From: Myxococcota bacterium
GTDB taxonomy: Bacteria; Myxococcota_A; UBA796; CAJQPC01
NCBI GenBank assembly: GCA_036229005.1
Contig: JAZAMN010000006.1
Location: 96,001-160,000, forward strand
Direction: 5' to 3'
Length of the DNA: 64,000 nucleotides
The translations under genes and the position numbers were made by a program. Below the pieces are notes generated by a model that was not told the origin of the DNA, ran no database searches, and worked only from the letters and a program-made list of their open reading frames with translations. Positions 22,842 through 32,838 of this stretch are shown piece after piece. Position 1 is the first letter of the stretch. Each line of letters begins with the position of its first letter.

Positions 22842-24353
22842 ATGAACCTTCGACCCTTCAAGCGCGTTCTCGTCGCCAACCGCGGCGAGATCGCGGTCCG
22901 GGTGATTCGCGCCTGCGCCGAGGAAGGCCTGGAGACCGTCGCGGTCTTCTCTGACGCCGACCGAGACGCCCGGCACGTGCGCCTGGCCACCTACGCTGAA
23001 CACATCGGACCCTCACCGGCCGCCGAGTCCTACCTCTTGGGGGACAAGCTGCTCCAGGTCGCCATCAAGCATGGCGCCGACGCGGTCCACCCCGGCTACG
23101 GGTTCTTGAGCGAGAACGCCGAGTTCGCGCAGAAGGTCCTGGACGCCGGGATGGTGTGGGTGGGGCCGCCCCCCGCGGCCATCACGGACATGGGCTCCAA
23201 GACCGGCTCCCGCCAGCGCATGCAGGCGGCGGGTGTGCCGGTCGTCCCGGGCACCGTCAACGCCCTCCGCGAGGAGGACGAGGTGCTGCGGGTCGCACGC
23301 GAGATCGGCTTCCCCGTCATGCTCAAGGCCTCCGCCGGTGGTGGTGGAAAGGGCATGCGGCGGGTCGACAGCGAAGAGGGGCTGGTCTCCGCCTTCCGGG
23401 CGGCCAGCTCCGAGGCGCGCGCCTCCTTCGGCGACGACGCCGTCTACCTCGAGAAGTTCGTGGTGAACCCGCGGCACGTCGAGATCCAGGTGCTGGCTGA
23501 TGGGCACGGCACCACGGTGCACCTCTTCGAGCGCGACTGCTCCATCCAGCGGCGCAACCAGAAGGTGGTCGAGGAGTGCCCCTGCCCCGTGCTCCCGGAG
23601 CAGACCCGCCAGGCCATGGCCTCGGTTGCGGTCAAGGCTGCTGAGGCGGTCGACTACGTCGGTGCCGGGACGGTGGAGTTCCTGCTGGGTGGGGACGGGA
23701 ACTTCTACTTCCTGGAGATGAACACCCGGCTGCAGGTGGAGCACCCCATCACCGAGGCCATCACCGGGGTGGACCTGGCGCGGGCCCAGCTCCGGATCGC
23801 GGCGGGCGAGAAGCTCTGGTTCGCCCAGGAAGACCTGCGGATCAACGGGCACGCGATCGAGTGCCGCGTGTACGCCGAGGATCCCGCGGCGAACTTCGCG
23901 CCGGCCCCCGGCCGCATCCACGAGTACCAGGAGCCCGGTGGGCCCTTCGTGCGGGTGGACAGCGGTGTTGGTCCCGGCTCGGAGGTGCCCATCTACTACG
24001 ACCCCATGATCGCCAAGCTGGTGGTCTGGGGCCGGGACCGCCAGGACGCCATCGAGCGCTGCGACCGCGCCCTGCGGGAGTACCGCATCGGCGGCATCAA
24101 GACCTCGATCCCCTTCTTCCGCAAGGTGCTGGCCGACCCGGCCTTCCGCGAGGGGCAGTACACCACCGGCTACATCACGCCGGAGTTCCTGGCCGACCTG
24201 GCGCCCGAGCGTCAAGACGAGCTGGCCACCATCGCAGCGGCCATCGCCCAGTTGGACGCCGATCTGGCCCCCGCCCGAAAGGCGGTGAGCGCCGAGCAGA
24301 CCTCGCCCTGGAAGCGCTCCGCCTCCTGGCGCAACAGCCACAGGATGCGCTGA
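22842..24353 (+). CDS. accC: biotin carboxylase subunit of an acyl-CoA carboxylase
   Basis: VLVANRGEIAVR, HPGYGFLSEN, GGGGKGMR, ERDCSIQRR, EMNTRLQVEH, YYDPMIAK. Confidence 0.93.
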   Translation: MNLRPFKRVLVANRGEIAVRVIRACAEEGLETVAVFSDADRDARHVRLATYAEHIGPSPAAESYLLGDKLLQVAIKHGADAVHPGYGFLSENAEFAQKVLDAGMVWVGPPPAAITDMGSKTGSRQRMQAAGVPVVPGTVNALREEDEVLRVAREIGFPVMLKASAGGGGKGMRRVDSEEGLVSAFRAASSEARASFGDDAVYLEKFVVNPRHVEIQVLADGHGTTVHLFERDCSIQRRNQKVVEECPCPVLPEQTRQAMASVAVKAAEAVDYVGAGTVEFLLGGDGNFYFLEMNTRLQVEHPITEAITGVDLARAQLRIAAGEKLWFAQEDLRINGHAIECRVYAEDPAANFAPAPGRIHEYQEPGGPFVRVDSGVGPGSEVPIYYDPMIAKLVVWGRDRQDAIERCDRALREYRIGGIKTSIPFFRKVLADPAFREGQYTTGYITPEFLADLAPERQDELATIAAAIAQLDADLAPARKAVSAEQTSPWKRSASWRNSHRMR

Positions 24354-24853
24354 TGCACTACGACGTGACCCTGGATGGCACCACCCGCAGCGTCGAGATC
24401 GAGCGCGTGGACGAGACCCGCGTGCGCATCGCCATCGACGGCGCCCCCGCGCGCGAGGTCGAGCTGCGTCGCACCCGCGATGGCCTGCACATGCTGCTGG
24501 ACGGCCAGTCCTTCGACGCAGGCCTGGTCAAGCGCGACGACGGCTGGGATGTGAACCTGCTGGGCGGCCTCTACAGCACCCAGGTCATCGATCCCCGCCG
24601 AAAGGCGCTGCGGCTCGCTGGCGGTGCGGGGGAGGGCGAGATGAAGTCCTCCATGCCCGGTCGGGTGGTCTCGGTCCTCGTCGAGGAGGGGCAGCAGGTC
24701 TCCAAGGGAGAGCCCGTGCTCATCATCGAGGCCATGAAGATGGAGAACGAGGTCAAGGCCCCCGTGGATGGCGTCGTCGAGGCCATCCTGGTGGAGACCG
24801 GTCAGGCGCTGGAGGCCGGCGCCAAGCTGGCCCGGATCAAGCCCGCAGAGTGA
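24353..24853 (+). CDS. biotin carboxyl carrier subunit
   Basis: EAMKMENE biotinylation motif; TGATG coupling. Confidence 0.92.
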   Translation: MHYDVTLDGTTRSVEIERVDETRVRIAIDGAPAREVELRRTRDGLHMLLDGQSFDAGLVKRDDGWDVNLLGGLYSTQVIDPRRKALRLAGGAGEGEMKSSMPGRVVSVLVEEGQQVSKGEPVLIIEAMKMENEVKAPVDGVVEAILVETGQALEAGAKLARIKPAE

Positions 24854-24935
24854 GCGCGCCCCCGGGCGTGCGGTCTGCGCCCGGGTGACCTCGCTGGTGG
24901 ACGGGGGAGACACGAGGGGAGGGGGCCCCACCGGT

Positions 24936-25760
24936 TCAGGTGGTGGTTCCCTCGGGTTTGTCGGCCTCAGCGTCCCTCTCCTTGGTGGAGAAGATCCAGG
25001 CGATGCCGATCGACAGGACGTAGAGGATGATCAGCGGGCCGGCCATCAGGGTCTGCGTCATGGGGTCGGGGGGTGTGATGATGGCGGACACCACGAAGAT
25101 CGCGACGATGGCGTAGCGGAAGAAGCGCACCATGTCCTTGGCGTCGATGAGCCCCATGCGCGCCAGGAAGAAGATCACGACCGGGAGCTGGAAGGAGAAC
25201 CCGAAGGCGCCCAGCAGCTTGGTGGCCGTGCCCAGGTAGGAGTTCAGCGAGATCGCCGCGCCGGTGTCGAAGTCCAGCACGCTCAGGAAGAAGGCGAAGC
25301 CGTACTCGAAGATCACAAAGTAGCCAAAGCTCGCGCCGCCCAGGAAGAGCAGGCTGGAGGCGATGACCAGCGGGATGACCGTGCGCTTCTCGTTCTTGTA
25401 GAGCCCCGGCGCGATGAAGGCCCAGAGCTGGTAGAAGATGAAGGGGCTGGCGAGCAGGACGCCCGCGATGATGGCCACCTTGAGGTAGGTGATCACACCC
25501 TCCATGGGGTCGGTGATCACCAGCGAGTTCAGGGAGTCGGTGAGCTGGGCCAGCTCGGCCTCGCTCAGGTCGTCGGCCTGTCCCCGCTCGGCCAGGGCCC
25601 GCTTCATGGGGTCGACCAGGAAGTCGAAGATCTGGCCGGAGAAGGCCGAGGCGATTCCGATGCCCACGCCCGCGGCGATGAGGGCGCGGACCATGCGCGT
25701 GCGCAGCTCCCGGAGGTGCTCCAGGATGGGCATGCGGGTGTCTTGGACCGGGTCGTTCAT
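24936..25760 (-). CDS. tatC: Tat translocase subunit TatC
   Basis: MPILEHLRELR.R, YQLWAFIAPGLY..EK, FQLPV, AIITPPDP. Confidence 0.96.
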   Translation of the reverse strand: MNDPVQDTRMPILEHLRELRTRMVRALIAAGVGIGIASAFSGQIFDFLVDPMKRALAERGQADDLSEAELAQLTDSLNSLVITDPMEGVITYLKVAIIAGVLLASPFIFYQLWAFIAPGLYKNEKRTVIPLVIASSLLFLGGASFGYFVIFEYGFAFFLSVLDFDTGAAISLNSYLGTATKLLGAFGFSFQLPVVIFFLARMGLIDAKDMVRFFRYAIVAIFVVSAIITPPDPMTQTLMAGPLIILYVLSIGIAWIFSTKERDAEADKPEGTTT

Positions 25761-26227
25761 TCGGGGGCCTGCTCACCCGAGGCGGGGGGCGTGTCCGTGG
25801 GGGGCGCGTCTTGGGGCGGAGGCTCGGCCTGGGCCGCCTGGCGCGCGGCGGCGTCCGAGGGGGGGGGCTTCTGGGCCAGCTTGTTCAGGGCATCTTCAGC
25901 CGCTTGGGTGTGCTCGGGCGGATCTGGTTGCCGCTTGGCGGGCATGTCGCGCGGGAAGGCGCCTCCTTGCTCCTTGTAGCGCTCGGCCTCCTCCTTGCGG
26001 CGGGCCAGCAGCTCCTCGCGGCGGCGCTGGATCTCGGCAGCGCGGGCCTCCGCGTCCACCTTGTCGACCTCCAGAGTGAAGGTTCGGCGCAGATCATCGC
26101 TGGCCCGGCGCAGCTTCCCGTAGTTCCGGCCCAGAAAGCGCAGGAGCTTGGGCAGGTCATCGGGACCGACGAAGACCAGGATCAACACGGCGATGAGGGC
26201 GATCTCGCCCCAGCCCATGCCCAGCAA
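25757..26227 (-). CDS. tatB: Tat translocase subunit TatB
   Basis: (L)LGMGWGEIALIAVLILVFVGPDDLP + amphipathic helix; directly upstream of tatC; TTG start chosen. Confidence 0.85.
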   Translation of the reverse strand: MLGMGWGEIALIAVLILVFVGPDDLPKLLRFLGRNYGKLRRASDDLRRTFTLEVDKVDAEARAAEIQRRREELLARRKEEAERYKEQGGAFPRDMPAKRQPDPPEHTQAAEDALNKLAQKPPPSDAAARQAAQAEPPPQDAPPTDTPPASGEQAPE

Positions 26228-26300
26228 TGCAGCTCCCTGGCTTGTGGTTTGGACGGGGTGTCTTATTGTGCTGGGGCGACCGTCGCGAGGACATCTCCCC

Positions 26301-27176
26301 ATGTGCCGGCTCTTCGGCTTCCGGAGCGCGCTCCCTTCCACAACCCACCGCTCGCTGGTCCAGGCCGACAACGCCCTGGTCGAGCAGGCCCGCGCACACC
26401 CGCACGGCTGGGGGGTGGGGTACTACGTGGGGCAGGACGCCTATGTGCTCAAGAGCGGCGATGCGGCCCACACCAGCGACCGCTTCCGCCTGGCCAGCTC
26501 GCGCCTGCGCTCCCAGACATTTGTCGTGCACGTGCGGCAGGCCACGGTGGGGGGCACCGACTACCTCAACGCGCACCCCTTCCGGCACGGGCGCTGGATC
26601 TTCGCCCACAACGGCTCTCTGTGGGGCTTCGAGGAGCTGGCCCCCGAGCTCGCTCGCTGGATCCCGGCGCAGCGCAGGGCCCTGATCCTGGGGCAGACCG
26701 ACTCCGAGATGCTCTTCCACTACCTGCTGAGCGCCCTGGAGGCCGCGGGCTTCGACGCCACGGGCCACGCCGGGGAGTGCGACGCCAAGGGGGCCGGGCA
26801 GGTGCTCTCGGGGGCCGTTGATCGCCTCTACCAGCTCGCCGCGCACAAGGGCCTGGAGCCGCCCATCGTGAACTTCATCCTCACCGACGGCGAGCTGATG
26901 TTCGGCCTGCGCGCTGGCAAGGCCCTGTTCATGAGCACCCAGAAGCACCACTGCCCGGACGCGGAGACCTGCCCGGAGCCCAACAAGTTCTGCCTGCTCG
27001 CTGCCGCCCCCGTCGGGGAGCCCGTCAACCACCTGCTGCTCTCCAGCGAGCCCATCGGACAGGACGACCGCTGGGAGAGCCTGGAGCAGGGGGAGATGAT
27101 CGTGCTGGAGCGGGACTTTCGGGTGCACCGCCTCCCACCCATCCCCAACTGGGCACCCTGCAGCCGCGTGGAGTAG
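26301..27176 (+). CDS. class II (Ntn) glutamine amidotransferase, YafJ/EgtC-like
   Basis: MCRLFG (Cys2), HGWG, HVRQAT, NAHPF, FAHNG, GQTDSE, SSEP. Confidence 0.9.
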   Translation: MCRLFGFRSALPSTTHRSLVQADNALVEQARAHPHGWGVGYYVGQDAYVLKSGDAAHTSDRFRLASSRLRSQTFVVHVRQATVGGTDYLNAHPFRHGRWIFAHNGSLWGFEELAPELARWIPAQRRALILGQTDSEMLFHYLLSALEAAGFDATGHAGECDAKGAGQVLSGAVDRLYQLAAHKGLEPPIVNFILTDGELMFGLRAGKALFMSTQKHHCPDAETCPEPNKFCLLAAAPVGEPVNHLLLSSEPIGQDDRWESLEQGEMIVLERDFRVHRLPPIPNWAPCSRVE

Positions 27177-27212
27177 ACGAGGTCACCCTGGCGCCGACCA
27201 CTCCGGCGGGCG

Positions 27213-28241
27213 CTATCTGGGGCTCTTAAGGATGCCCGGGAACTGCACGTTGCCGCGCGGGTCGACGCCCATGTAGCGGTTGTCGGCCTGCCCGATGTTC
27301 ACGGTGAACTGGCCTTCGGGCAGGTAGGCGCGCCCGTCTGCCTCGACCAGGCCCTCGGGCGGGGGCGGGAAGGGGCCGGCGCTCCACCACGCCTGAACGA
27401 CCGCGTTGTCCAGCGGGCCCATGCCGGACTCGGTGACGATCTGGATGGACTCCAGGCGGCCGTCGGAGGTGATGGTGACGTGCACGGCCGTCATGTAGAG
27501 CGGCTTGGAGAAGGGCAGGCCCGTTGGCAGGTTGTCCAGGTTCTGGTCCCAGTAGAAGGCCACCATGCGCCGGATCTGGTTGATGTAGCTGGCGTACAGG
27601 AACTCCTTGGTGTTCAGGTAGGTCGCCTCACCGTCGGGCACATCCAGCAGGTCGTTGTTGGGCGCCCCAGCCAGGCTCGTCTCCGAGTGGGAGGCTACCG
27701 TGGGCGCCTGGAAGCCGTCCTTGTTGGTGATCCGGTAGGGCGAAGGGAGTGACGCCATCGCGCCGTGCCGGTCGGGATCGAAGCGGTCGTTGCCCACCTG
27801 CGCGCCCGTGGAGGGCTCCGTGGCGTTCACGTCGACCAGGTCCTCCATCTCCACCTTGTCATCGGGCGAGTAGACGTTGGAGAGCACCTCGGGGTTGATG
27901 CGCCACTGGGTCTTCATCTCCTGCTCGACGCGGTTGTCGGCCTCGGCCAGGTAGTCGGCGTCCTCGGGCTTCTGGGGGTCCTCGGGCGACACCACGTCGA
28001 CGATCTGGCCGTCGTAGTCGACCGGCTCCGGCTCCTCTTCCGGCTCCTCCTCCTCCTCGGTCGGATCCAGCATGACGATCTGCATCGGGGGCAGGGCCTC
28101 GGGGACCTCGGGCTCCAGGGCCTCCCAGATGGGGCCGCCCACGCCGACGATCAGCACATGCGCGAGCAGAGAGAGCCCCAGCCAGGTCAGGACCTTGGCG
28201 AGGCGGTCTCCGGGGCGGTGTCGGCGGCGTGCGGGAGGCAT
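27213..28241 (-). CDS. TonB/TolA-family energy transducer-like protein
   Basis: TM 'SLLAH' (SxxxH), acidic linker, C-domain 'V.I..DG.L......SG...LD.A......GPFPPPP'. Confidence 0.8.
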   Translation of the reverse strand: MPPARRRHRPGDRLAKVLTWLGLSLLAHVLIVGVGGPIWEALEPEVPEALPPMQIVMLDPTEEEEEPEEEPEPVDYDGQIVDVVSPEDPQKPEDADYLAEADNRVEQEMKTQWRINPEVLSNVYSPDDKVEMEDLVDVNATEPSTGAQVGNDRFDPDRHGAMASLPSPYRITNKDGFQAPTVASHSETSLAGAPNNDLLDVPDGEATYLNTKEFLYASYINQIRRMVAFYWDQNLDNLPTGLPFSKPLYMTAVHVTITSDGRLESIQIVTESGMGPLDNAVVQAWWSAGPFPPPPEGLVEADGRAYLPEGQFTVNIGQADNRYMGVDPRGNVQFPGILKSPR

Positions 28242-28295
28242 CAAATCAAACCTGCCACCCTGAGGGCGTGCAGGCAAGGCTTAGGCGGGCCGGGT

Positions 28296-29873
28296 TCAGG
28301 GGTTGGAAGCCCAGCCCCCGTCCTTCATGGTCAGGTCGATCGAGTAGACAAAGGTGGGGTTGGCCAGCGCCTTGGGCGGCCTGGCGACGCGCTTGGGGAT
28401 GCTGTTGAGCGCCAGGGCTTCGAGCTCCTCGTAGTCGCTGTGGCGCACGACCTCCTTGGAGAGCACCCGGCCGCGCTCGTCCACGGTGATCCGGACGCGC
28501 ACGGTGCCCTGCACCCCCATGGCCTTGAGCTCGGTGGGGGTGTTCTCGCGCCACTGGCGGTCGATCTGCTCTTCGAGCTGCTTGTAGTAGCCGGCGTGTT
28601 CGTCCGCGCGGGCGTTGAACGCGCTGGTCGGGCCGACCTCCAGCTCTTGCTCCAGGGTCTCCACGGAGGCGAGGGCAGGGGCCCCTTCTTCGTGCTGGGT
28701 GCCTTGCACCGACGCCTGCGTCTGGGTCTTGAGCACCTGATCGCCACCCCAGCCAGGCGAGGTCTGCGGAGTGTCCGCCCCATCGACCTCCAGCTCGGTC
28801 ACCGCCGGGGCGTCGTCCAGCTCCACCTGCTGGGGGTCTTGGGCGCTGTGGTCCTGCTCCCCCTGGCTCCCCTGGGTCTCCGGGGCGCGCTCCCCCCGGG
28901 CCTGCACCAGCTCCAGATCGAGGCTGCGCTCAGGGGTCTCCAGCTCGCTCGGAGCCAGGGTGGGCGGGGCGCGCCCGACGCTGGGGTCCACGCGCACCGC
29001 CATGGGCAGCCAGCCTTCGGGGGCGGGGGGTGGGGACTCTTCGCTGCCTGCGCGGGCCTCGGAGGGACCGCCTCGGGAGCTGGTGGATACCGCGCGAGCC
29101 CCTGCGCCCTGACTGTCGCTGCCTCGGCGGCCGCCGGCCTCATCCCCGTCTTTGCCTGGGCCGCGAGCCTGCGCCCCCCCTGCCTGGCCCAGTCCGTCCT
29201 CTCCCAAGGCCGCCTTGCGCTCCAGGGGCGTGGCCTGCTCGATGGGGGCGCGCAGCTCGGCCTCCTTCTCGCCACGCCGGGCCGCCTCCTGGTCAGGGGC
29301 GACCGTGGTGTCCGGGGAGTTGTTCCCGGCCTGTCCCTGGGCCCCCCGACTGCCCTCGGTGACCGGCCCCTCCAGCTCGGAGATGCTCTCGGCTCGCTGC
29401 TCGACGAGGGCGCGGTGGTCGACCTCGGAGATGTGGCGCGTCGGCTCCACTGGAGGCGACGTGGCCGGGGCTTCGCTGCGGACGTTGATGCGGCGCGGAT
29501 CCTCCTCATCCTGCTCGGCGGGCTCTTCCGGGGAGGCCTCCGCCAGGATCTGCGCGGGGTCCAGGCTGGCGTCGACCGTGGTGTCCTCGTCTGGGGGGTG
29601 CCCGCGCTCCGCGGGCTGCACAGAGGCCAGGGTCTCCAGATCCCCGGGGGTGAGCCCCGAGTCGGTCTGCTCCAGGTCCACCTCCTCGTCTCCCTCCACC
29701 GCATCCACCGGCAGGGTGGGCTCCGGAAGCTCCACGAAGCTGAGCTCGATGGGGGGCTCTGGCTGGCTGGCGTCGGCCTCCGGATCGCCCAGATGGATCA
29801 CCATGAGGGCCAAGGGGAGGTGCAGGCAGAGGCTCAGTCCGATCGAGCGAAGCCAGCGCTTGCGGGCACGGAC
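28296..29873 (-). CDS. TonB-family protein with long disordered linker; start unresolved
   Basis: TM 'SLCLH' and TonB_C 'GVQGTVRVRITVDERGRV......SD..ELE..A'; no clean ATG/GTG directly before the TM helix. Confidence 0.7.
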   Translation of the reverse strand, partial: VRARKRWLRSIGLSLCLHLPLALMVIHLGDPEADASQPEPPIELSFVELPEPTLPVDAVEGDEEVDLEQTDSGLTPGDLETLASVQPAERGHPPDEDTTVDASLDPAQILAEASPEEPAEQDEEDPRRINVRSEAPATSPPVEPTRHISEVDHRALVEQRAESISELEGPVTEGSRGAQGQAGNNSPDTTVAPDQEAARRGEKEAELRAPIEQATPLERKAALGEDGLGQAGGAQARGPGKDGDEAGGRRGSDSQGAGARAVSTSSRGGPSEARAGSEESPPPAPEGWLPMAVRVDPSVGRAPPTLAPSELETPERSLDLELVQARGERAPETQGSQGEQDHSAQDPQQVELDDAPAVTELEVDGADTPQTSPGWGGDQVLKTQTQASVQGTQHEEGAPALASVETLEQELEVGPTSAFNARADEHAGYYKQLEEQIDRQWRENTPTELKAMGVQGTVRVRITVDERGRVLSKEVVRHSDYEELEALALNSIPKRVARPPKALANPTFVYSIDLTMKDGGWASNP

Positions 29874-30103
29874 CCGGCGATCGTGCCGCGGATCCGGTCC
29901 CAGATCCGCTCCCTGGCGGGGGGCTCCAGGCGCCGCTGCAGAGCCCGGCGCGTCAGCTCCCCGCTGATCTCGAGCCCGCTTTGCATGTTCCTGCAGTCCT
30001 GACATTGGTCCAGGTGCCTCAGCAGAGCCTGACACGCCGCAGCCGACAAAGTGCCCAACTCCAGCTCCAACAAGGAACTGCTCACATCCTGACAGCTCGG
30101 CAT
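29834..30103 (-). CDS. zf-HC2 (ZAS) anti-sigma factor domain
   Basis: 'C..V...L.....G.L........RHLDQCQDC' HxxxCxxC immediately downstream of an ECF sigma. Confidence 0.8.
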   Translation of the reverse strand: MPSCQDVSSSLLELELGTLSAAACQALLRHLDQCQDCRNMQSGLEISGELTRRALQRRLEPPARERIWDRIRGTIAGSVPASAGFARSD

Positions 30104-30193
30104 CGGGGTCTCCGGTCAATTCCCTGCTTGAGATGCCGAAGGCCGCGCTCTGATTCGGACGGGGCGGATTGGACCTGAGCAGGATCGCCGCGC

Positions 30194-30799
30194 TCAGAGC
30201 TGTCCGGCCAGGTAGTCCTGCAGGGCCTCCCGGATGCTCAGGCGGGCGCGGTGCAGGCGGGTCTTGACGGCAGGCACGGAGAGGTCCAGGCGCTCCCCGA
30301 TCTCCCGCATGCTGAGGTGCTCGAAGTCGGCGAGGATCAGGACCGCCCGGTACTTGTCGGGCAGCGCGTCGATGGCCTGGTGCAGGCGCTCACCGAGCTC
30401 GCGGTCCTCCATCGACTTGGGCGCGAGGGGGCGCAGGTCCACCACGGGGCGCTCGAAGCCGCCGTCCTCGGAGTAGCTGGGGCCCTGGATGCGCAGGGGC
30501 TGCTCGGGGCGACGCCGCCGACTCCGTAGGCGCATGAGGCTCGCGTTCGAGGCGATCCGGAAGAGCCAGCCGCGGAAGGGGGACTCGGCCCGGTAGGTGT
30601 GCAGCTTGCGGTAGGCGTTCAGGAAGGTCTCCTGGACCACGTCGTGGGCCTCCGGCTCGTTGCGGACCATCCCCATCGCGATCGAGAAGACCCGGTCGCT
30701 GTAGCGGCGGAAGAGCTCTTCGAAGCTGCGGGGGTCACCGCTCAGGGTGCGGGTCACGAGCAGGCTGTCGTCGGAGATCTGGATGCTGGTCGAGGTCAT
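30194..30799 (-). CDS. ECF RNA polymerase sigma factor
   Basis: FEELFRRY, AHDVVQETF, FRGWLFRIASN, LP..YR, EIGERL...AVKTRLHRAR. Confidence 0.95.
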   Translation of the reverse strand: MTSTSIQISDDSLLVTRTLSGDPRSFEELFRRYSDRVFSIAMGMVRNEPEAHDVVQETFLNAYRKLHTYRAESPFRGWLFRIASNASLMRLRSRRRRPEQPLRIQGPSYSEDGGFERPVVDLRPLAPKSMEDRELGERLHQAIDALPDKYRAVLILADFEHLSMREIGERLDLSVPAVKTRLHRARLSIREALQDYLAGQL

Positions 30800-30958
30800 G
30801 CGCGGCTCCATCTGCAGCGGCCCCGGGGGGCCATTCACAGCGCCGTATGCCTGGCCTCTGCGAGCGGTTACCGGCCGATCCGATCGCCCGCGGGTTTTTT
30901 CGCCAAGGCGTGGTGGCTGCAGCGCCGCAAGGCTGGTCGCTCCGAGGATTAGGTGGGC

Positions 30959-31366
30959 ATGTCCAAGTCTCCTCGCGGTCTGCTTGAGAGGGTGCTGGGT
31001 CGCGGAAAGCGGCTGGCCCACCGTGTCCAGCAGCGGTCCCGCCCAAAGCGCCTGCCAGAAGGGACCCCCGTCGAGGTCGACTTTGGCGAGGCCGGCAGCG
31101 GGGAGGGGAAGGTGGGCCAGAGCCTGCTGCAGGTGGCCCGGGAGCTCGACATCGACCTGGACCACTTCTGTGGGGGGCGCTGCTCCTGCGGGACCTGCCG
31201 CATCATCGTGAGCGCCGAGACCGCGGGCAACCTGAGCCGGCCCTCCATGAATGAGGAGCTCGCGCTGGGAGCCAAGGCCGCCGCCCGGGGGGATCGGTTG
31301 GCCTGCCAGGCGCGCCTGCAGGGGCCCGTCTCGCTAAGGATCCCGAGCACCTTCAACGGAGCTTGA
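30959..31366 (+). CDS. 2Fe-2S ferredoxin
   Basis: CGGRCSCGTC ... RLACQ. Confidence 0.9.
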   Translation: MSKSPRGLLERVLGRGKRLAHRVQQRSRPKRLPEGTPVEVDFGEAGSGEGKVGQSLLQVARELDIDLDHFCGGRCSCGTCRIIVSAETAGNLSRPSMNEELALGAKAAARGDRLACQARLQGPVSLRIPSTFNGA

Positions 31367-31870
31367 GTGCCCCCTCACGCCACCCGACGTCTGAACCTGG
31401 TCCTCGTCCCCGGTGACTGGGACCGCCCCCCGCGGCCGGGCGCCCTGGAGCACCTCCAGGCCCTGCTCGAGGCCAAGGGCTACATCCTCTCCGACGGCCG
31501 CGCGGGCCCTCGGGCGCCAGAGCTCATCAGCGGGAGCTTCGCCCTGTTCCGAGTCGACAGGCCGCTGCGCTACGGCGTCTACGGCAACCGGGTGGGGGGC
31601 TTCCATGTCCGCTGTCCGGCGTGCGCTGCGGACATCCCCAAGCCCTGGGGCAAGGCGGTCGAGGGGCTGCGGGCCAAGGGGGAGTGGGTGCTCCAGTGTC
31701 CCGCCTGCCAGGTGGACATCGGGCCTGCAGGGGCGCTGACCATTCCGGAGGCACGCGTCGCGCGATTTGCGCTGGAGTTTCGAGATGTTGGCTCGGCAGA
31801 TCTCAGGCGAATTCCAGAGTTTGATGCAGCGCTCGGGCCCGACTGGGGGTTGGTCTACCTTCGGGGCTGA
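31367..31870 (+). CDS. hypothetical protein with zinc-ribbon (CPAC...CPAC)
   Basis: Two CxxC pairs; abuts ferredoxin stop. Confidence 0.65.
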   Translation: MPPHATRRLNLVLVPGDWDRPPRPGALEHLQALLEAKGYILSDGRAGPRAPELISGSFALFRVDRPLRYGVYGNRVGGFHVRCPACAADIPKPWGKAVEGLRAKGEWVLQCPACQVDIGPAGALTIPEARVARFALEFRDVGSADLRRIPEFDAALGPDWGLVYLRG

Positions 31871-31876
31871 GCCTGC

Positions 31877-32761
31877 TCAGTAGAGGCGCTCGACCCTCCC
31901 CGCCTGCTCAGCGCGCGCGCCCGGGGCGCCGACAAAGAGCGCTCCATCCACTGCCAGCAGGCTGCTCCCGAACAGGCCCACGCCCACGTCGATCTGGGTG
32001 AGTTGGCCGTCTGCGTACAGGTACACGGCGCCGGCAAAGTCCTCGGCGAAGGGCGCGCCGATGAACAGCCCCTGCGCTCCACAGGCCAGCGCGCTGCCGA
32101 AGCCCTCGTCTGCGGGGCCGATGCTCAGAGGGGTCTGCTCCAGGGTCTCGTAGAGGTGGACCTGACCGGCTCCTGGGGCACCGACCGCCAGCTCCTCCAA
32201 GCCGTCCCCGTCGACGTCACAGGCCACGACCGCTGCGCCGGCGCGATCCAGGGGCTCTGCGCGCTCCAGGCTCAAGCTGGGGGTCCACACTGCGGTGTCA
32301 CCGGTCGCCAGGCCCACTGCGGGCTCGCCCTGCCACCAGGTCAAGCTGCTCCCCCAGCCCGGGAGAGGAGTGGACGTGTCGGCGATCCAGAGATCTTGGT
32401 CCACCAACCGGGCCAGGCCTTGTTCCGTGCTGAGCAAGGCACGGTCTGGCGCCCCCGAGGTCAGGGCGGCGCTCACCACAAGGGAGCCGTCGTGTGCGGC
32501 CAGGGCGTAGCCTTCGCCAAGCGCCAGGCCGCTGGGCTCCGGTTCCTGGTCGCCCTGGATGGAGTAGAGCTTCTGGGCGCCCGGTGCGGAGATGTGGAGG
32601 GCCCGGCCATCCCACGCCAGCGCGGTCCCGAAGTGGTCGTCCGCGTCTTGCCCTTGGAAGGTGCCGTCGGGCATCCCTGGGGCGGAGGCTCCGGTGTCTG
32701 CGGAGTCACTGTCGGAGAAGTCGACGACGGCCGGGGCGCAAGCGAGCAGCAGGTGGAGCAT
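31877..32761 (-). CDS. FG-GAP (integrin-like) repeat lipoprotein
   Basis: MLHLLLAC; 'FGTAL', 'DVDGDGLEELAVGAP', 'FGSAL..IGAP'. Confidence 0.8.
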   Translation of the reverse strand: MLHLLLACAPAVVDFSDSDSADTGASAPGMPDGTFQGQDADDHFGTALAWDGRALHISAPGAQKLYSIQGDQEPEPSGLALGEGYALAAHDGSLVVSAALTSGAPDRALLSTEQGLARLVDQDLWIADTSTPLPGWGSSLTWWQGEPAVGLATGDTAVWTPSLSLERAEPLDRAGAAVVACDVDGDGLEELAVGAPGAGQVHLYETLEQTPLSIGPADEGFGSALACGAQGLFIGAPFAEDFAGAVYLYADGQLTQIDVGVGLFGSSLLAVDGALFVGAPGARAEQAGRVERLY

Positions 32762-32838
32762 GGTGGGAGCTTAACCGGAGCAATTGGGGGCGCGCGGCGC
32801 TGTGCTGTGTTACCTGGGCGCGTCTCAGGAGGGCCTGG

